DNA of 63,663 nt, filler included. It is 20 parts of 20 records of this genome, joined end to end, with 100 filler letters (N's around TTAATTAATTAA, not from the genome) between each part and the next. Parts side by side here need not be neighbours in the genome. Positions count along the whole stretch, not along the records: positions 56,542 to 58,599 come from SRR16133337_99839; positions 58,700 to 61,486 come from SRR16133337_99883; positions 61,587 to 63,663 come from SRR16133337_100837; 17 more parts are not named here. One strand, 5' to 3'. The position numbers were made by a program, and so were the translations under genes. A model generated the notes under the pieces. It was not told the origin of the DNA. It did not search any database and worked only from the letters and a program-made list of their open reading frames with translations. Below, one piece after another: positions 58,082 through 63,663 of the stretch (the stretch's first letter is position 1; the number at the start of each line of letters is the position of its first letter).

Positions 58082-58348
58082 ATGAGTGGTGACAAGGAAA
58101 ATTCCGGCCAAGAACAAACCCTCATTTCTGAAAGTCGCTGTGAATCTCTCTTGCAAAAACTCTATGAAGGAATTTCCCCTTACGATGTCAGCGAGGCGGA
58201 GGATTGGGAAATTTACAACAAAGGAGGCGACCCAACCTACGGAGAATTGTCGTGCGAAAGCACTTCAAAATTGGTTGGTGCTCTGAATCTTGGCGGAAAT
58301 GATGTGTTTTTAGACCTGGGTTGTGGTGTTGGAAAGATAAATGTTCAG
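58082..58348 (+). CDS. First exon of a DOT1-like class I SAM methyltransferase (eukaryotic)
   Basis: TYGEL.......V..L.L..NDVFLDLGCGVGK...Q followed by a CAG|GTAAAC donor. Confidence 0.7.
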
Positions 58349-58699
58349 GTAAACAGGACCAAAGATTTGAAAACAGAACGGTTTTTGCTCTAATTTTAGT
58401 GTGAAAAAATTATTCATGAATTTCTGGATTGTGAAAATTTGATGAAAAGACATTAATTGGGTGTGTAAGGTTTGGCTCTTCCCTTTGTGTTTGAATGATA
58501 TCAAATTTCCGATCCTGCTCTATCAAATTCCACATATTTTAATACGGAAATTGTTGGAAGTGTCGTGAACAAAAGAAAAGATGAAAAAGCGAGCGCCACN
58601 NNNNNNNNNNNNNNNNNNNNNNNNNNNNNNNNNNNNNNNNNNNTTAATTAATTAANNNNNNNNNNNNNNNNNNNNNNNNNNNNNNNNNNNNNNNNNNNN

Positions 58700-59477
58700 C
58701 CAGCTTTCTTTGTAGTTTTCACCTTTTTTTGGAGGAGGGATTTCGTCTACAAACAAACACAAACCACATTAGCCACAAATCACACAAGACTTTTCGCCCT
58801 ACCGAAGAAAGTGCGAAAAACCATCACAAAAAGTGCGAAGTTTCGACTATTTACCGTTCACTCTCGCCCTTGGCTGTTTTCCACCAATATATTTCGATGA
58901 AAAAAGAGAAAAAATCCATTTTGAAAAAAGCACCTCGTTTTTCCACACTCACACAAAAGAACATCCCGGAATTCGCAAAAACACGGGAGTTTTCAACAAA
59001 AAAAAAAATCACAAAAACAGCAAGTTTTTTCGCTCTCTTGGGTTCGATCCCTCAACGACCACCTTTTTTTTCGTTCATGATTTTATTTATCATTCAATTC
59101 ACCTGTTGTGACAACTTGAAGCGTTGGTTCGACTCTCCTTCCACCAAGTCGCCCTTTTCAAGAGCTGTCTTCAAGCAACGACGAAGAGTGGCGTTCAGAC
59201 GCGTGTTATCAGCTAAAACCAAAACAATAATTGTTAATTGTATTACAAAAAAAATCCACAACAGACTGAAAAAGAGTCGCTCAGTGATGCGGAGGGACGA
59301 GTGGGGTGTGTGGGCCTTACCTGATGGATGGTTGGCAACAATCCAGTTGCGAATTGCACTCCGAGACGAACCCTTCCTGTCTTTGTTTTCGACAATGGCT
59401 TGCATGACCATTGCCCATGTGCTTGGGTGTTCCGCTGGCTTGGCCGCTTTCTTTCCTTTAGCTCCTTTCTTTGCCAT
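58700..59477 (-). CDS. Linker histone H1/H5 (winged helix); exons 59321-59477, 59103-59212, 58855-58873, <58700-58746
   Basis: HPSTWAMVMQAIV..KDRKGSSRSAIR.WI...|..LRRCLK.ALEKGDL.....RFKLS; canonical GT-AG introns; Lys/Pro-rich tail. Confidence 0.88.
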
Positions 59478-62400
59478 TATTAATGAAAAATTTGAAAAAT
59501 ATAAGAGAAAAAGTGTATTATAAAAATGTTGGATGAAAAATGTAGTAGAAAAACAAAAAAATATATGCAGATTTTAACACCCCCCTCCCACTAGTGCGCA
59601 CGTCTTGCAGTTTTGTGAAAAATATATGGAATTAGCCTAATATTTCACCCGCCCCCCGGGCAGCTGCAAATATATTGGAGATTATATTTTGTCGACATCG
59701 CGTTCTGAGAAATGGCGGTAAACGCGTAATATAAAAAGAATGGCACTCAACCAGGTTTTTAGAATTTGACACAGCATTTCAAGATTTTGTGTTGTTTATC
59801 TGGTTGGGTGTCACACTTTTTCTTTGTTTAAACATCAATTGTGTAAAAATTGAATCATGAGTGCAAGAGGTGACACATACACAGTCTCTTAACCTTTGTA
59901 ACACAATTTCTGGCATGTCACGAAATTCTTGGATTCCAACACAACGAGACATCATTTTGTTGTTGTCTGTTTTTGATGAATCCTCTTCCTGAGCGATTTC
60001 AAGTCACACAAGATTTACATCAGCTACAAACAAAAAACAAAATCACACTTTGATGTCGTTGTCTGCACCCCCTGCTCACAAAATTCACAACAAACATTGC
60101 CATATGAAAACATTCGTGAAAAACATGAAACATTAGAGACGTTCATGTACTAATTCAGCACTTCAACGGAAATGAAGAAAATGATTTACAAACAATGGCC
60201 TTGGCGAAAAGTAGTTGTCCTTTCCACATACCAAAGACATTCCATTTTCGTGAAAATCGTCATTCACCGGGTTTTTAATGTTTGGTATTTTTGGAAATTC
60301 AACACCAAAAACGATTATTTTTTATTATTGGGTGCTTGTCCAACTTGGATGATTTTGTTTTGTGATAACTTTAGGATGACAATTAATTTTTTCATGTCAA
60401 GATGGCGAGTGATGAATATCGTCTCATCTCTTGCACCACTCCCATCCACTACACTTCTTTGAAGAACATTATTGATTTAACTTAGAGTTCCTCCACCCAA
60501 AATTTATCTTTTGAACACAATACAAACATCAGAAAACGGATGTATGCTTGACTCAAAACTTAATTTTTATAGCAAATAACTCATTAGACGAGATATGCCT
60601 CTTCCCACACTGCAATACACACCCCTCCACCACTGCACAAGAAAATACTCGTTTCTAGTAGGTCCAATGGATCACGAAAATATTTGGTGTGGCGTTTCAA
60701 TATTGATCAAGGGCTAAAAAAACTTTGTTTCTATTCAAAACACTTTTTGGTTGATTTTGTTCGTGGAAAGCACTTGTTTTCGGAAAATTCGAGATACCAT
60801 CACCCCTGCAATTAATTCATCATAAGGTAATATATTTTCTTCAACTCCAAAACAATTAACATTCACGCACATACCTGCTATCTAAACGGAAGTCCAATGT
60901 TAATGTCCTGCTGAGTTCAATATTTGATCAATAGCAGAAACGTTCGAATTATTTCAGGGACATAAATAGCAGAAGAACAAAAATTATTCCCATCAGCCAA
61001 AACATTCGAGTTTTTTGTGGTACTTCCATTCGACAACTACCGGTGCGCCTCTATCATAAAGAAAGCACAACACAAACAAATACGATCATTTGGCACAACT
61101 ATCACACCGCGCCACACGCGAAAATATTATATGTTTTTTTCAGTCCTTCGTTTTAATATGTTGCCTAAACAGATGTATGGGGCATGTGCATTATGAACCC
61201 ACCACACAACTCCACACCCATCCAACACACACCTACCTTCACACATACCCAGTCCTGTACGTAAGAACATCACACCTAAGAAAATGCTCGTTTGTTAAGA
61301 ATATCACCCCTTGGGGGCCACAAAAACAAAATTTTTATTTGAAAATCATAAAAAAAATAGTCTAGGTGGGTACTTAATCTTAGACCCTGGTCTCTCACTC
61401 CCATCTCTTGCAACCCTAAAAGTATCCCACAAACTGCTCCGTCTTCCAACAACAAATTTTGTTAAAAAATCCAGCCGTCGTGCTCTNNNNNNNNNNNNNN
61501 NNNNNNNNNNNNNNNNNNNNNNNNNNNNNNTTAATTAATTAANNNNNNNNNNNNNNNNNNNNNNNNNNNNNNNNNNNNNNNNNNNNTATTCATTGATATA
61601 CCGTGTAGTGTTTTTTGTTTTTCCTTCGCTACGCCGAAAAATGTGAAACATGGTGTAACTTGAACCCCCAAACAAAAAATTTCATACTTATGGAAAATCA
61701 CATTTGCTTGGAGATTCACCTTTTCTGAACTACTCATATCGGAACACAAAGTACTCATCATTTTTGCTCTCTCCTACAGCAGAGGGAGTTTGGCAATCAA
61801 CTGACAAAAGAGCCAGAAACTCGGATCAAATCCACATACTAAAATAAACGATAAGTTCTGACACTAAGAGTCTCCACAATGAGAATTGAACACAAAAAAA
61901 AATGCTTTTTTTGCTTTTTAAAAAACAAAAAACAGATTTCGGCTAATACAACTATTTTGAATCCGCCGGAGGGAGTCAGTTCTTGAAAGGGCATCATGAT
62001 TTGATAATAAAATGCGATACATTTTTTTCGTATGACCCGGTCCAGCTTCGTGGCATGGCGCAAGTGACGAGTATGCTTTCTTGAAATCAATGAAACACTT
62101 CATTGCCACCCACGCCGTAAGCAGCAAAAGTTTTGATGTAAGAAACATTCGACATTTTTTAATTCGGAGCCGCGTGAGAGGGACTCCGAAGATATAGACG
62201 GCTGAGCCTCCGGCGGAAGGTATATCAAAGTGTTAATTCTTGATCCGCCATATCAAAGAAAATCAGAATTTGAGACACTTAAAAAATTTCCAGAAGCTGG
62301 AGGGACTCTCAAAAGAGCGTAGCATTTGAACGACAGAACGGAATAAATTTTGGGTTGGGCACGTGGCAGATATTTTTACGGACGCCACTAAGAATTAAAA

Positions 62401-63663
62401 TTGAAGAATAATCCACGGACCAACAAACAATCGATTGACGAGTGTTCCAAACCAAAAAAACAATTTTTCTCAAAAGCCACCCGAAACCCTCGCTTTGGAA
62501 TAAAGTAAAAACAGAAACAAGAATCTAAAAAAGGTCACTCACCTGTCATATTTTGTATTTTTCCTTGAATTCGTGTCATAAAATCTTGGTAAAAGCAGTC
62601 GATTTCCCCTTGCTTCCCTTCATATTCTACGAAGAGCTTCGCCGAAGCCATCGTTGGTGTTGCGTGCGACGGCGCTAAAAGTTAGGACACAAAAGCGAGT
62701 TTCTTCCGTGTGACACGTCGCTCTTCTGTGATATGAACCGCGGACGAGCTGCGCTACCAGAGTGTAGAGCCGCGGATTTCTTGACACAAAAGTGAAGTTT
62801 AACTTCCGTAATTTAGAGGGGTGCCTGCGTGGGATTACAAAATGCCGTGTAGAAAAAAATAAAATTAATGAAAAATGTATTTCTAAAAAATGAATCAAAA
62901 GGCTCTTAGAACCACACAAAAATTTATGAACTTTTCAATCCATTGTATCTTTTCAAGCAAGTGAGATATCATTCATTTGCAAACGTGCTTAGTATATTAC
63001 GACTGGTACAAAATGCCCTAGGTATATTGTGAGTGGAGATAGCACAAAACGTGTGTTCACTATATTGTGATCTTCCCAACCGCCAACCAAACTTGAGGAA
63101 ACTACATTTTGTCCCCAAAATACAATGTAAACAACTTCCACCTAAAGCAACTGCGTTTCGTACCCAAGGAGCTGAGAGAACACTTTTCGCTTGGGATGAC
63201 TTCGCTTTCACTTGCACTGACGAAGTGAAGCAGTCCCATCTATCAACCCAAGCCTCAAAAAGTTGTAATCTTCCCTCTTGGCAGGGCTCACCACGCACTC
63301 TGTTTCATCAACGCGACAATTTCTCCCCTTGATCCTACAATAAACCATATTCGCACAACTGACCCGAAAGCTTTTGTCGAATGTGGCAAAAATTCTTTTG
63401 TTGCACGATTTTGAGCGTGCTAAAATTTTGAGCTTCTCCAAGTCGGATTTTTTTGTTGTTGCAATTTTTGTGAGGTTTAAAAGACCGTCAGTCCTCAAAA
63501 TTAATGGGCTGTTGCATTTTGTTCTACTTTTCAACCACTCATATGCTTCTGCCATGCACTAAAATTGTTCTCATGAAGACATAAAATTATTATGTGGAAA
63601 TCTACTTTGTCTCCCAGGAATCATTCTTATAAAAATCAAAATGAAATGAAAATTACGAAAATG

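Noticed and set aside
5571..61586. Regularly recurring TTAATTAATTAA flanked by Ns, resembling a repeat array
   Set aside because: It is an artificial six-frame-stop contig linker. ORFs ending in X...LIN are artefacts, and adjacency across linkers has no meaning.
63208..63555. Faint KilA-N/APSES resemblance (LRTDGLLNLTKI)
   Set aside because: Only a few residues match and the rest does not fit; not supportable without a profile search.

Overview
This window is not one locus. It is 20 short contigs joined by artificial 100-nt linkers (N44-TTAATTAATTAA-N44). Seven contigs (~29 kb) come from an AT-rich Flavobacteriaceae-like bacterium. They carry cdsA-LUD-ftsH-rsfS/birA/pyrE, mraY-murD, an M28 peptidase, NifU-family/menG/porT/trmH, topA, recQ, a three-gene lysine-catabolism operon and a 2248-aa T9SS-secreted multi-lectin protein whose N-terminal region I cannot assign. 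The other 13 contigs look eukaryotic: GT-AG introns, linker histone H1, a Nup98-type autoprotease domain, a DOT1-like methyltransferase exon, a LINE retrotransposon, a Helitron Rep and MITE-like inverted repeats. The most notable observations are (1) the giant T9SS protein and (2) a dispersed bacterial element, TATACT-N8-TTAGAAACC. The element occurs six times and supplies the same Y-T-x-x-S-stop tail to both BirA and RecQ. All calls come from reading motifs by eye; no database searches were run.
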